This document shows positions 48,819 through 59,174 of a DNA stretch of 64,000 nucleotides, piece by piece. Below the pieces are notes generated by a model. The model saw only the letters and a list, made by a program, of their open reading frames with translations, was not told where the DNA came from and did not search any database. The position numbers and the translations under genes were made by a program. The stretch is taken from NCBI GenBank assembly GCA_965249275.1, contig CBDFLQ010000005.1:352001-416000 (forward strand). The letters run 5' to 3'. Each line of letters begins with the position of its first letter. The first letter of the stretch is position 1. This DNA is from Dehalococcoidia bacterium (lineage in GTDB: Bacteria; Chloroflexota; Dehalococcoidia; Plut-88900).

Positions 48819-50137
48819 CCCGACTTCTCTTCCTGCCGGTACGCCTGGTCCAGCAGTTCAACCACGTGGTAAGACCGCGTCGTCTGGCCGTTCTTTCGCA
48901 ACCCCAAGTCGAGCTGCAGCATGCATCCGGGGTTGGCCGTGGTAACGAAGTCCGCATCAACTTCCATCACATCCCGCATCTTGCTGTCCAGAATCTGCAT
49001 CGAGAGATCGGGGTTGACGATGTTGTAGATGCCCGCCGCTCCGCAGCACTTGTCGGAGTTGCGCATCTCAGAAAACTCCACGCCGGGAATCGAAGACAGC
49101 AGCTTGCGCGGAGCCTCCTTTATTCTCTGGGCGTGGGCCAGATGGCACGAGTCCTGGTAGGTGACCCGCTTCTTGAAACCCGTCTGGGGGGGGACGAGGG
49201 GGAGGGCGGCGAGGAACTCGTTGACGTCCTTGACCTTTGAAGTGAACGTCTTAGCTTTCTCGGAGTACCGAGCATCGTGCTCCAGGAGCTCATCGTACTC
49301 CTTCAGCATGGCCCCGCACCCCGCTGCATTGACGACCACGGTGTCGGCGCTTTCAAAGGCGTCGATGTTCTTTCGGGCCATCTGCCGCGCCGCCTTCCGT
49401 TCGCCGCTGTGTACATTCAAAGCGCCACAGCAGCCTTGCGCACCCGGTATGTCGACCATACACCCGTTTTTGGAGAGAACATTCACCGTGGCCAGGTTCA
49501 CGGGCCCGAACACCAAGGGCATTATGCACCCCGAGAACAGCGCAACTCTTTGCTTCTGTTCTCCTTCTGCCGCCACACTCTTCGCTCTTCCACGGGGATA
49601 CGGGCTTAAGGCCAGCTTTGGCATCATAGATTCCATCTGTGAGAGGCGGGAGGGCAGCAGCGACAGTATCCGGGACTTCCGTACCAGCCATTGCACTCCC
49701 GATGCCTGATAGAGCGCTAGCATCTGAAAGGCCAAGCCGAGTCTGCGCTTGTGAGGAAACATGTGCCTGAAGACGAAGTTCTTGACAGTCCTTTCGATGA
49801 AGGGCTGGGAGGTCTGTTCCTGGATGCGGGCCCGGGTCTCGGTCATCAGGCTCCCGAAGGGCACCCCGGAAGGGCACGCTGCCTCGCAGGCGCGGCACAG
49901 GAGGCAAAGGTCCATGTGCTCCACCAGCTTGTCCGTGTACCCGAATCGACCCTCGGCCACCGCTTTCATAAGGGCAAGTCTGCCCCTTGGAGACTCGGTT
50001 TCCAGGCCGAGCTCCAGGTAAGTGGGGCATTCGTTCAGGCACAGGCCGCAGTGGACGCATCGGTAAAGCTCATCAGCGGTTACTCCGCCTACCGACAGGT
50101 CAAGGAGGTCAATTACCGATTGGTCTGCCCTCACCAA
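48815..50137 (-). CDS. glcF: Glycolate oxidase iron-sulfur subunit
   Basis: CVHCGLCLNECP, CLLCRACEAACPS, two CCG motifs, ANPGC. Confidence 0.9.
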   Translation of the reverse strand: MVRADQSVIDLLDLSVGGVTADELYRCVHCGLCLNECPTYLELGLETESPRGRLALMKAVAEGRFGYTDKLVEHMDLCLLCRACEAACPSGVPFGSLMTETRARIQEQTSQPFIERTVKNFVFRHMFPHKRRLGLAFQMLALYQASGVQWLVRKSRILSLLPSRLSQMESMMPKLALSPYPRGRAKSVAAEGEQKQRVALFSGCIMPLVFGPVNLATVNVLSKNGCMVDIPGAQGCCGALNVHSGERKAARQMARKNIDAFESADTVVVNAAGCGAMLKEYDELLEHDARYSEKAKTFTSKVKDVNEFLAALPLVPPQTGFKKRVTYQDSCHLAHAQRIKEAPRKLLSSIPGVEFSEMRNSDKCCGAAGIYNIVNPDLSMQILDSKMRDVMEVDADFVTTANPGCMLQLDLGLRKNGQTTRSYHVVELLDQAYRQEEKSG

Positions 50138-50141
50138 AGTC

Positions 50142-51449
50142 CTATATTCCCTTCACAAATCTGCCAGGGTTCAGTGTCCCGTTCGGGTCGAACTGCTCTT
50201 TAATCCGCTTCATCAGGTCGACCTGGGGCCCTTCGAAGCCCCACACGTCGATACGTTCCTTCAATTGTGCCGGGCAGACCTCGACGACGCAATGGCCGTT
50301 CAGCGCCCCGGTTATCTCCCGCATTCTCTTCACCCGGGTCTCAATCTCATCAATGGAGAGGCCCTCGTCCCACCAGTACCCGTAGACGACTCCGTTGACC
50401 ATGTTACAGGAAACCGCCCAGTTCTCGCCGGAAATCTGCTTAATGCGGTTCACGAGGGTCACGGCGTCGGAGGGCAGGCAGGTGGCCTTGATTATCATAG
50501 TTGCGGGGGACACGGGGCGTCGTCCCGCGTCCCGGACTCTCTGCCACACCTCTGCTGTTCCCTCGGCGTCCTTTCGGGTCACTCGCCAGCCATTCGAATC
50601 GCATAACTCTACGACGCTCCGGGCTTGACGCTCAACCGCGTCACTCATACCGCCTATCTGCAACACCACCGAGTATCCATCCGAAACCCCCACCCCCTCC
50701 CCACCGATTAGCTGAAGGGCCACGGGGGTTACACCGGCTTCGCGCAGACCCTTCACAAAGGCTCCGGCCTCCAGGGGGGTCTTGCACGTAACGACTTGGG
50801 TGCAGGTTTCCTTGAACAGCGGGGCCAGCTTGAAAGCCGCCTCCACGATGATGCCCAGGGTCCCCAACGCCCCGGTGTACAGCTTGTTCATGTCGTACCC
50901 CGAGACGTTCTTGACCACCTTACCGCCGCCCTTGGTCACGTCGCCGTTCGGGTTCACGACCTTTATGCCGATCAGCCTGTCTCTGATCGCGCCGAATTGC
51001 GCCCTAATCGGGCCGCTGGAGTTGGCAGAAAGGATACCTCCGATGGTCGCTCTGTCCGGCAGGGGCGGGTCGAGGGGCAAGAACTGGCCATTTTCCCCCA
51101 ACTCTTCCTGCAAAGACGCAAGGGTTATCCCCGCTTCTACTACCACCGTGAGGTCTGAGGGCTCGTAATCCAGGACCCGGTTCAGCCTTGAGGTGCTGAT
51201 AACGAGATCGTTGCCACGAGGCCGGTTGCCCAGCCCCATCGCCGTTCCTCCACCCCAGGGCACGACCACCTTCCCATCCCGGTCCGCCGCCGAGAGGAGA
51301 TTGCTCAACTCCTCGATGGTGTTGGGAAAGACGACCGCTTCCGGCTCTAGGCCATCCACAGCGTATCCTTTGACACCCTGCCCGTGAGTTATTTTACGGT
51401 TGCGGGGAATCCGGTCGATCTCCCATTGCAGGGTGTGGGGAATGGCCAT
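50142..51449 (-). CDS. glcE: Glycolate oxidase FAD-binding subunit
   Basis: GGKVVKNVSGYDM.KL, FDP.G.LNPG. Confidence 0.88.
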   Translation of the reverse strand: MAIPHTLQWEIDRIPRNRKITHGQGVKGYAVDGLEPEAVVFPNTIEELSNLLSAADRDGKVVVPWGGGTAMGLGNRPRGNDLVISTSRLNRVLDYEPSDLTVVVEAGITLASLQEELGENGQFLPLDPPLPDRATIGGILSANSSGPIRAQFGAIRDRLIGIKVVNPNGDVTKGGGKVVKNVSGYDMNKLYTGALGTLGIIVEAAFKLAPLFKETCTQVVTCKTPLEAGAFVKGLREAGVTPVALQLIGGEGVGVSDGYSVVLQIGGMSDAVERQARSVVELCDSNGWRVTRKDAEGTAEVWQRVRDAGRRPVSPATMIIKATCLPSDAVTLVNRIKQISGENWAVSCNMVNGVVYGYWWDEGLSIDEIETRVKRMREITGALNGHCVVEVCPAQLKERIDVWGFEGPQVDLMKRIKEQFDPNGTLNPGRFVKGI

Positions 51450-51479
51450 GACGCTCTAACGCAGGGTGTCGGGCTCGGC

Positions 51480-52394
51480 CTACGACCCGGACAGCCAATC
51501 CTTGAGCACCTGGATGTGGTCCGGGGTGGTACCGCAACACCCACCTATGATCCGCGCTCCTTGCCCGCGCCACTCCCTGGCGTATTCGAGGTACTGCGCA
51601 GGGTTCAGGGCGTGGTCCCTGCTTCTTGGGCTGCCGTGGCCGGGGAAATGGGCATACGCGCCGAACGTTCCCGCCCAATTCTTTTTGACTATTTCCAACC
51701 CGGGCCCGGTTTCGCCCACGGCGGTGTGCATCACAAACACAGCATCGATGTCTTTGTCCTTGATGGCGTCCATGGCTTCCTGAAGGGACACTCCCCCGCT
51801 TTTGCCCTCAATTCCAAGATACAGTTCGCCTTCAACCGGGACCACGGAGTATCCGATCCAGACTGGAAGCCCCAACTCCTTAGCGACATCGATCACAGCC
51901 AGGGCATCCGATATCCGAATCAGCATCTCCCCTACCGCGACGTCAGGGCCGCCCTTGGCCAGCTCGCCAAGCTGCTCACGGTAAGTTTCCACCGCTTTTT
52001 CGTAGGGCACCGGAATACTGGCTTCCAGTTTGGGGGACATGGTAGATACGGAAGCTGCAATGACAACCGAGTCCTCCGCGCCGGCGTTCTTCCTGGCCTG
52101 CACGGCCATGTCGATTGCCGACTTGTTGGCCTCGGCGACCTTGTGCTCGAGCCCGCCGGCAGCCAGCATGTCTCGGCCCGTGGAGAAGGAGTTGGTGATA
52201 ATAACTTCGGCGCCCGCTTTTATGTATTCCTCGTGGACTTCCCTGACCACCTCAGGGTGGGTGATCATCGGGCCACCCGACCATACTTTGGGGCTGGATA
52301 TTCCTCTTCTTTCGAACTCCGATCCCATCCCGCCGTCTATCAACACCGTTTCACCGGCCGCAAGCCGGGCCTGCATCTTTTCAAAGTTGTTCAT
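51480..52394 (-). CDS. Homocysteine S-methyltransferase family protein
   Basis: IDGGMGSE, HEEYIKAGA, IIGGCCGTTPDHI. Confidence 0.9.
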   Translation of the reverse strand: MNNFEKMQARLAAGETVLIDGGMGSEFERRGISSPKVWSGGPMITHPEVVREVHEEYIKAGAEVIITNSFSTGRDMLAAGGLEHKVAEANKSAIDMAVQARKNAGAEDSVVIAASVSTMSPKLEASIPVPYEKAVETYREQLGELAKGGPDVAVGEMLIRISDALAVIDVAKELGLPVWIGYSVVPVEGELYLGIEGKSGGVSLQEAMDAIKDKDIDAVFVMHTAVGETGPGLEIVKKNWAGTFGAYAHFPGHGSPRSRDHALNPAQYLEYAREWRGQGARIIGGCCGTTPDHIQVLKDWLSGS

Positions 52395-52439
52395 GTTCGC
52401 TTTCCTTGCAAAGTGCTTTAGTAGTTTAAGTCATGGCCT

Positions 52440-53882
52440 CTAGACATACATCCCCGAAACCTGGGGCACGGGTCTATGAAGCGCCGACTCTTGATGCGAA
52501 GGCGCTTCGTCGGGGAAGATCTTGCCAGGATTGAAGGTTGCCTTAGGGTTGAAGGCTGCTCGCAGGCGTTTCATGGCATCCATGTCCTCCTGGGTGAAGG
52601 CCCAGGGCATGTACATCTGCTTCTCCACTCCTATGCCATGTTCGCCCGTCAGCGCGCCTCCTACGTCGATGCAAGCCCTCATCACCTCTCCGCCCGCTTG
52701 TATCACTCTCTCCTTGACCCCCGCCTCGTGCTCGTCGAAAAGGATTATCGGGTGCAGGTTGCCGTCCCCGGCATGGAATACGTTGCCGGCCAGGACCTGG
52801 TAACGGCTGAATATCTCCTCTATTTTCTTCATCACTTCCGGCAGCTTGCTGCGGGGGACCACTCCGTCCACTATGTAATAGTTGGGGGCCACGCTTCCCA
52901 GGGCCCCGAAGGCGCTCTTACGCCCGGCCCACAGCCTTTCCCGCTCGGCGGGATCGTCGGCGGCGCGCACCAGGGTAGCTTTGTTGGCCTTGCAGATTTC
53001 CTCAATGGCCGAGGCTTCCTCCCTTGTCGACTCTTCCAGCCCCTCCACCTCTATGAGAAGCACGGCCCCGGCGTCCATTGGGAACCCTGCCTTTATCACC
53101 TTCTCCACGGCCCGGATTACCACGTCATCTATCATCTCAAGGGCTGCAGGAATTATGCCCGCCCCTATCACTGCCGAGACCGTGTTCGTTGCGTCGATAG
53201 GGTCGTCGTAGACTGCCAGCAGGGTCTTGACCGACTCGGGCTTGGCCATGAGCCGGACTATCACCTTGGTGACCACCACGAATGTCCCTTCTGATCCAAC
53301 GATGGCTCCCGTCAGGTCGTAACCCGGCACATCCCGCACCTTGCTCCCAACCCACATGAGGTCGCCGTTGTGCAGCACTACCTCAAGGCCCAAAACGTGG
53401 TTGGTCGTCACACCATAGGAGAGGCAATGAGGCCCTCCCGCATTCTCAGACACGTTTCCGCCGATGGTGCACGCCTTCTGACTGGAAGGGTCGGGGGCGT
53501 AGTAGAGCCCGAACTGGCTCACGGCAGCGCTCAGGTCCACGTTCACGAGGCCAGGCTCCACCACCGCAACGAGGTTCTCCGTATCGACCTCCAGGACTTT
53601 CTTCAGCCGGGTCAGCGGCAGAAGGAGACCGCCGGTCGAGGCCAGGGCGCCGCCGCTTATGCTGGTGCCCGCGCCCCGGGGCACGATGGGTATTCCCTCC
53701 CGGTGAGCGATTTTGACTGTTTTAGCCACTTCCTCGGCGGAGCCGGGTACGACCACTACTTCCGGATAGCCGGTTGCCTGGGAGCCGTCATATTCGAAGA
53801 CAATCAGGTCCTCGGGGGCGTACAGGACGTACCGCTCCCCTACCACACCGATGAGCTCTTCGATTATTTTCTGCGGGATCAT
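52440..53882 (-). CDS. glcD: Glycolate oxidase subunit GlcD
   Basis: PDPSS..CTIGGN..ENAGG.HC..YG, HAGDGNLHP, GEHGIG. Confidence 0.92.
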   Translation of the reverse strand: MIPQKIIEELIGVVGERYVLYAPEDLIVFEYDGSQATGYPEVVVVPGSAEEVAKTVKIAHREGIPIVPRGAGTSISGGALASTGGLLLPLTRLKKVLEVDTENLVAVVEPGLVNVDLSAAVSQFGLYYAPDPSSQKACTIGGNVSENAGGPHCLSYGVTTNHVLGLEVVLHNGDLMWVGSKVRDVPGYDLTGAIVGSEGTFVVVTKVIVRLMAKPESVKTLLAVYDDPIDATNTVSAVIGAGIIPAALEMIDDVVIRAVEKVIKAGFPMDAGAVLLIEVEGLEESTREEASAIEEICKANKATLVRAADDPAERERLWAGRKSAFGALGSVAPNYYIVDGVVPRSKLPEVMKKIEEIFSRYQVLAGNVFHAGDGNLHPIILFDEHEAGVKERVIQAGGEVMRACIDVGGALTGEHGIGVEKQMYMPWAFTQEDMDAMKRLRAAFNPKATFNPGKIFPDEAPSHQESALHRPVPQVSGMYV

Positions 53883-54060
53883 TTCGTCTGTTCCCTAGAA
53901 GTTGGCTCGTGCCCTAAGGGGCAAGGGCCTCAAGATTTCTAACAATCCTACCACCTGATGTATTATTAGGACATGGCAGAAGAACCGAGAGAAAACAGGG
54001 AGCCGTCTGCGCGCCCTAAACCGCCCAGCCCATTCGTACCTATGCAGAAGGGCTTCCCGC

Positions 54061-54567
54061 CTAAGAAGAAATAGGAAATGCTGCTCTGGTAAAAATCCAG
54101 ACTAGCAGAAATATTATTTCAAGCGCTGCTGCGGGAAGCGCCAATATGAACGCGGTGCCCTTGCTATCCAAGTGACGACGGTTATCATCCCACGCTGTTT
54201 GTACCCATTCGTAAATCTCCAACTTGAATGTATCTGCATCGAAATCCCAGTAAAATTTTCGAAGCAAGCCAGGACTTAATGTAGCCAAGGCATTGAAGTC
54301 CCTTGCTCGAAAACCTTGATACACCCAGAACCCCACCCACAGGAAAGCCCCTACTCCCAGATACAAAAACCAATTAGGCCAATAATGCCAAATCGTCAAT
54401 CCAGGTTCTCCTGGAACAATAGGCAAAAGGCCTACAACAATAATCGACACCGCAAGGGTGCCGATCAGTTTTGTGTCAATTGAAGAGGCCTCCCGACTTG
54501 ACGAGTCCAAAGCCTTGATCGCCAAGTTGTAAGCCGAATTTAGCGTCTTCGGTTCTACTGAACTCAT
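54061..54567 (-). CDS. Hypothetical membrane protein (AT-rich)
   Basis: 168-aa ORF with three hydrophobic segments. Confidence 0.65.
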   Translation of the reverse strand: MSSVEPKTLNSAYNLAIKALDSSSREASSIDTKLIGTLAVSIIVVGLLPIVPGEPGLTIWHYWPNWFLYLGVGAFLWVGFWVYQGFRARDFNALATLSPGLLRKFYWDFDADTFKLEIYEWVQTAWDDNRRHLDSKGTAFILALPAAALEIIFLLVWIFTRAAFPISS

Positions 54568-54657
54568 CCAGCCTCTAAGAGTTAACGTCCGTAGCGTATC
54601 AATCTAATTCGGGGCTTAGTCTATCACCCCACCCCTTCACCGACTATAATCCCCTTC

Positions 54658-55797
54658 ATGAAAATCGTCGTTGCGCCCCAGGCGTTCAAGGGGAGCCTCG
54701 GGGTGTTCCAGGTCTCCAATGCAATAGTCGCCGGCGTCCGTCGCGTCTTCCCCGATGCCGAAGTCCTCATCTCTGCTATGGCCGACGGCGGGGACGGCAC
54801 ACTTGAAGTCCTCATGCGAGGCACGGGCGGACGCACTTACGAGGACACTGTCACTGGGCCCCTCGGCGAGCCCGTCAAGGCCCTCTGGGGAGTACTGGGC
54901 AGCACTGATACCGCCGTCGTGGAGATGGCCAACGCCTCCGGGCTGGCCCTCGTCCCCAGGGACAGGCGCGACCCCCTAATTACGACAACTTACGGCACAG
55001 GAGAACTGATCCGACGAGCCCTCGACAACGGCTACCGCAAGTTCATCCTTGGTGTCGGGGGGAGCGCCACTTGCGACGGCGGTGCAGGCGTCGCCAAGGC
55101 CCTGGGCGTGAGGTTCCTGGATGAGTCCGGGGCCGAGCTTCCCTTTGGGGGTGGTCCCATGGCCCGGCTCGCAAAAATCGACGTCTCGGGTATCGATCCA
55201 CGGGCCATCGAGTCCATCTTCCAAGTCGCCACCGACGTCACCAATCCGCTCTGCGGCCCAGAGGGTACCGCTGCCATTTACGGCCCTCAGAAGGGAGCAA
55301 CTCCCACCATAATCGACCAGCTGGACGCCGCAATGGGAAACTTCGCAGACGTGGTGCGCCGGGACTTCGGCATCGACCAGAGGGACGATCCGGGGGCCGG
55401 AGCGGCGGGAGGGCTCGCCTACGGCATGAAGGTGTTCTTCCCGACAGAGCTCAGGGCGGGTGTAGAGGTGGTGGCCGACGCCGTCAAGTTCGTCGAGCAG
55501 CTTGAGGGCGCGGACCTGGTCATCACCGGCGAGGGGCAGATCGACGGGCAGTCATCCTACGGGAAGACGATCATGGGCGTCGCCTCAAGGGCCAAGGGAC
55601 TCAATATCCCGGTCATAGCCCTCGCAGGCAGCCTCGCTCCCGAGTACCGCTCCATCTACGAGCAGGGTGTTACTTCGGTTATGAGCATCGCGCCCGGTCC
55701 GATCGCTCTTGACGCCGCGATCCACGACGCCGATGCCCTCCTCACCGAGGCCACCGAGAGATCGCTCCGCATGGTGTCTATCGGAATGGGCCTCTGA
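54658..55797 (+). CDS. Glycerate kinase (GlxK/GarK family)
   Basis: APQAFKGSL, MADGGDGT, GGSAT.DGG, GPQKGA, TGEG. Confidence 0.94.
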   Translation: MKIVVAPQAFKGSLGVFQVSNAIVAGVRRVFPDAEVLISAMADGGDGTLEVLMRGTGGRTYEDTVTGPLGEPVKALWGVLGSTDTAVVEMANASGLALVPRDRRDPLITTTYGTGELIRRALDNGYRKFILGVGGSATCDGGAGVAKALGVRFLDESGAELPFGGGPMARLAKIDVSGIDPRAIESIFQVATDVTNPLCGPEGTAAIYGPQKGATPTIIDQLDAAMGNFADVVRRDFGIDQRDDPGAGAAGGLAYGMKVFFPTELRAGVEVVADAVKFVEQLEGADLVITGEGQIDGQSSYGKTIMGVASRAKGLNIPVIALAGSLAPEYRSIYEQGVTSVMSIAPGPIALDAAIHDADALLTEATERSLRMVSIGMGL

Positions 55798-55838
55798 GCC
55801 ACATTCAGACCAATAAGATCACGAAAATGGGGGCCTAG

Positions 55839-56540
55839 TTGGAAAATGTCACCGGCCCGGACGCCGAACTCAGGGGCTGCAAGTTCCCGGTCTTGGACAA
55901 GGGCTACGTTCACCTCCTCGACTACATAGGCGGCGACGAGCGGATCCTGGACGCGGCCCGGGTATCGACCGGCGCGAAGTCGGACCCCGAACGTGACCGC
56001 CGCCTCATCTTCTTCCTTATGGAGAACAAGCACGGCACTCCCTTCGAGCATGTTGTGTTCCAGTTCGTTATCAAGTGCCCCATATTTGTCGCACGTCAAT
56101 GGCTCCGTCACCGCATAGCCAGCTACAACGAGCGCTCGGCGCGCTACCGCATCTTCAAAGAAGAGTTCTATGTCCCATCCCTCGAGGACCTTCCCGGCAT
56201 CTTCGACGACGAAGACCTGAAGGAATACGAGGAGATGATGCACAGCGAGCACGAGTTCTATGAGCGTATGCTGGAGAAAGCCAAGCCTTTCAAGGAGCAT
56301 CGCAAGCGCACCAGGGAAGTGTTCCGGGGAGTGCTGGGTACGGCCTACTACACGGAGTTTTACTGGACGCTCAACTTCCGTGCACTTATGAACTTCCTGG
56401 AGTTACGGCTGGGAGAAGGCGCGCAGCCTGAGATCCGCGCCTACGCCCTAGCCATCGAGAAGATTGCCCAACGCGTCGCTCCTCTGGCATTCGAGGCCTT
56501 TGACGAGTTTTTCCTCAAGCCCGCAAGGGTCCATGGCTAG
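55839..56540 (+). CDS. thyX: FAD-dependent thymidylate synthase
   Basis: HGTPFEH, RQWLRHRIASYNERSARY, AQPEIR. Confidence 0.96.
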   Translation: MENVTGPDAELRGCKFPVLDKGYVHLLDYIGGDERILDAARVSTGAKSDPERDRRLIFFLMENKHGTPFEHVVFQFVIKCPIFVARQWLRHRIASYNERSARYRIFKEEFYVPSLEDLPGIFDDEDLKEYEEMMHSEHEFYERMLEKAKPFKEHRKRTREVFRGVLGTAYYTEFYWTLNFRALMNFLELRLGEGAQPEIRAYALAIEKIAQRVAPLAFEAFDEFFLKPARVHG

Positions 56541-57165
56541 CTCACCGCGACTTCCCGGCCTTTGCCTTGTCACCGATTCCTCGGTAGCTCTTCATGCGCC
56601 TTTAGAAGAAGTGGTGGCCGAGGCGGTGTCGGGTGGGGTGGGGATGGTGCAAGTCAGGGAGAAATCCCTGTCTACGGGCGAGCTCTGCGAACTTGCAGCG
56701 AAGCTGCGTCTAGTCACAAGGGGCAAGGCGCTTCTCATGGTTAACGACCGAGTTGACGTGGCCCTCGCCGTCGAAGCGGACGGTGTTCACCTTCCCTCCG
56801 AATCTCTGCCTGCCTGTTTCGTGAACAAGCTTGGTGGAGGGAGGCTGTTGGTTGGCAGGTCTGTGCACAGTGTTGAGGAGGCCCTGGTTGCCGAGAGCGA
56901 TGGCGCTGACTATCTAATACTCGGGACAATCTACGGCACTGCCTCCCATCCCGGCCGCCCGCCGTCGGGACCCGGGTTGATAGAGGCAGTCAAGACTCGG
57001 GTACGTACGCACGTCTATGCCATCGGCGGGATCAATGCCTCCAATGCTGGGGAGGTGATGAGCGCTGGGGCGGACGGCGTTGCCGTCATACGCTCAATTC
57101 TGGGAGCGCCCGATCCTCGCACTGCAGCTAGGGAGATTGCGGAGATAGTTGAAGGCCACAGATAA
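56533..57165 (+). CDS. thiE: Thiamine phosphate synthase
   Basis: VQVREK, VNDRVD, GRSVHS, TASH, AIGGI. Confidence 0.88.
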   Translation: MASSPRLPGLCLVTDSSVALHAPLEEVVAEAVSGGVGMVQVREKSLSTGELCELAAKLRLVTRGKALLMVNDRVDVALAVEADGVHLPSESLPACFVNKLGGGRLLVGRSVHSVEEALVAESDGADYLILGTIYGTASHPGRPPSGPGLIEAVKTRVRTHVYAIGGINASNAGEVMSAGADGVAVIRSILGAPDPRTAAREIAEIVEGHR

Positions 57166-57186
57166 ACTTTGGAAGAGAGGTCCCGG

Positions 57187-57954
57187 ATGCTCGATTTATC
57201 GGATAGTCACACACATTTGGAGGACTATGGGCCGCAGCTCCCGGAGGTCGTGCAACGGGCGCGGGATGTCGGGGTCAGGCGGATCATCACTGCCGGAAGC
57301 TCTCTGGAATCTTCCAGGGCCGCCGTACAGATAGCCGAGGAGTATCCCGACATCTATGCAGGTGTCGGCATTCATCCCCACGCCGCCCACCTAAACATCA
57401 CCGAGGCCACCTTCGATGAGCTTCGCAGTCTGGCCAAGTCCAGCGAGAAAGTGCTCATGATCTGCGAACCGGGTCTGGACTATTTCAAGAGCAAGGCGCC
57501 CAGGGAGGTGCAGCAGGACGTCTTCCGCCAGCACCTGCGCCTGGCCCGGGACCTGAGCCTGCCTGTCGTGTTCCACAGCCGGGAGGCCTATTGGGACTGC
57601 CTACGCATTCTTAAGGAGGAGCGGGTCTACGAGGTCGGGGCTATAATGCACTACTTCGTGGCCGACCAGCGAATCGCCGAGGAGTGCATGGACATGGGAA
57701 TCTATGTTTCCTTTTCGAAGACGCTCCTCAGCCTCCACCACCTCCATCCCATCGCCAAGTCCCTGCCCCTTGAGTACATGGTCATCGAGACCGACTCTTT
57801 CCCCCAGCCATGGAGAAAGAAGAACCCGTTGGAACCTGCCCAGCTGCTGCGCGTCGCCGAGAAGATCGCCGAGCTGCGCGGCATAACCGTCGAGGAAGTG
57901 GCCCGTCATACGACGGCCAACCTAAAGTACGTGGTCGGGGCTAAGTTACTATAG
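57187..57954 (+). CDS. TatD-family hydrolase
   Basis: DSHTH, GIHPH, GLDY, FHSR, IETD. Confidence 0.9.
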   Translation: MLDLSDSHTHLEDYGPQLPEVVQRARDVGVRRIITAGSSLESSRAAVQIAEEYPDIYAGVGIHPHAAHLNITEATFDELRSLAKSSEKVLMICEPGLDYFKSKAPREVQQDVFRQHLRLARDLSLPVVFHSREAYWDCLRILKEERVYEVGAIMHYFVADQRIAEECMDMGIYVSFSKTLLSLHHLHPIAKSLPLEYMVIETDSFPQPWRKKNPLEPAQLLRVAEKIAELRGITVEEVARHTTANLKYVVGAKLL

Positions 57955-58798
57955 GTGTGTCGTCCCGATTGGCCCACTCACCCATTGAACCGTCGTAGTT
58001 GCTGACGTTCTCGTAGCCGAGGAGTCGGAGGGCAAACATTACGTGCGCCGCACGTATTCCGCCTTGTCAGTAGGTGACTACCTTCTTTTCGGGAGTGATC
58101 CCCGCCGACTCGTAAAGCTGCCTTAGCTCTCTGGGCGGCAGGAAAGTCCTGAACTCGTCATCGGTGACGGCTTTCGTCCACTCGATATGGGTGGTGTCGG
58201 GTATGTGACCGCCGCGCTTGTTGCCCCGGGTCAGGACGCCCGTGTATTCGGCGTCGGTGCGGACGTCCAGGGTAACCCATGCAGAATCGTTGAGCCGATC
58301 CTTCAACTGGTCGAGGGTGCAGTTGTAGTCAGGCAGCAGGTTTGACGAAAATGTCGCAGGCCCGTGGGGAGACATAGGCTTGCCGCTGTGATACAGAGAC
58401 AGGGGCACGGCCTCGACGGGTCGACCCTCGCTTATCCATTTGTTCCAGCCACCGTTGAGCACCCGTACCTTCTCGTGACCGTGCATTCTCAATAGCCACC
58501 AGAGACGGCCGGCGTAGAGGCCACCCCAATCGTCGTAGGCGATCACGTCGTGCTCATCGCCGATGCCGACTGCGCTCATTGCCTCGGCGAACCGGTCGGG
58601 GCCCATGACCAGAACTCTGTTGTCCGGGTCCTTGAAGTAGTCGCGGTTCAGACCCATCGAGCCGGGGATGTGGGCTCGTTTATAGGCGTCGATAGGACCC
58701 ATGTCAACGATCCTCAGATTGGGATCATCCAGGTGCTCTGCGAGCCACTCTGTCTCGACCAGTAGGTCGGGCCTGTCGTGCTTGTTGTCGTTAGTCAT
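57941..58798 (-). CDS. Tandem-domain rhodanese/sulfurtransferase, probable selenoprotein (Sec at TGA 58067-58069)
   Basis: Read-through gives VVTY-U-QGGIRAAH...YDGSMGEWAN, completing the rhodanese signature; SECIS-like hairpin TACGTGC-GGC-GCACGTA just 3' of the TGA. Confidence 0.9.
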
Positions 58799-58814
58799 GG
58801 TGTGTCCTGTCTAT

Positions 58815-59174
58815 TCAACTCCCGCCGACTGCGTTTTCGAGCGCCGCAACATCGTAGCCCACCACGGGCGTCGACCCACCTACGACTATCGGCCTCTTTA
58901 GCAGTGCCGGTTCCTGGGTCATGAGGTCCAGCTTCTCGGCGTCAGAGAGGGCGTCGATGTCCAGGCCCAGCTTCTTCACTGCCCTGCTCTTGCGGGAGAA
59001 GAGCTTGTCCATCGGGATGAGCTCAAGCAAACCTTCGATCTCTTCCCGAGACAAAGGTTCCTTGAAGATATCCCTCTCTATGTGGTCGATCTCCTTCTGC
59101 GAAAGAAACTCTTTCGCTCTTCTGCAGGAAGTTCAGGAGCGTTTTGTGTACAGAGTGATCTCGGGTGCAGGCAT
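58815..59174 (-). CDS. ArsC/Spx-family protein, probable selenoprotein (UxxC; TGA 59133-59135)
   Basis: MPAPEITLYTKRS-U-TSCRRAKEFL...LLKRPIV; AGGAGG RBS; hairpin GCGAAAGA-GTT-TCTTTCGC after the TGA. Confidence 0.88.

Noticed and set aside
57941-59174. Nonsense pseudogenes
   Set aside because: Both TGAs fall exactly on catalytic Cys positions with intact frames and downstream hairpins; Sec recoding is more parsimonious.
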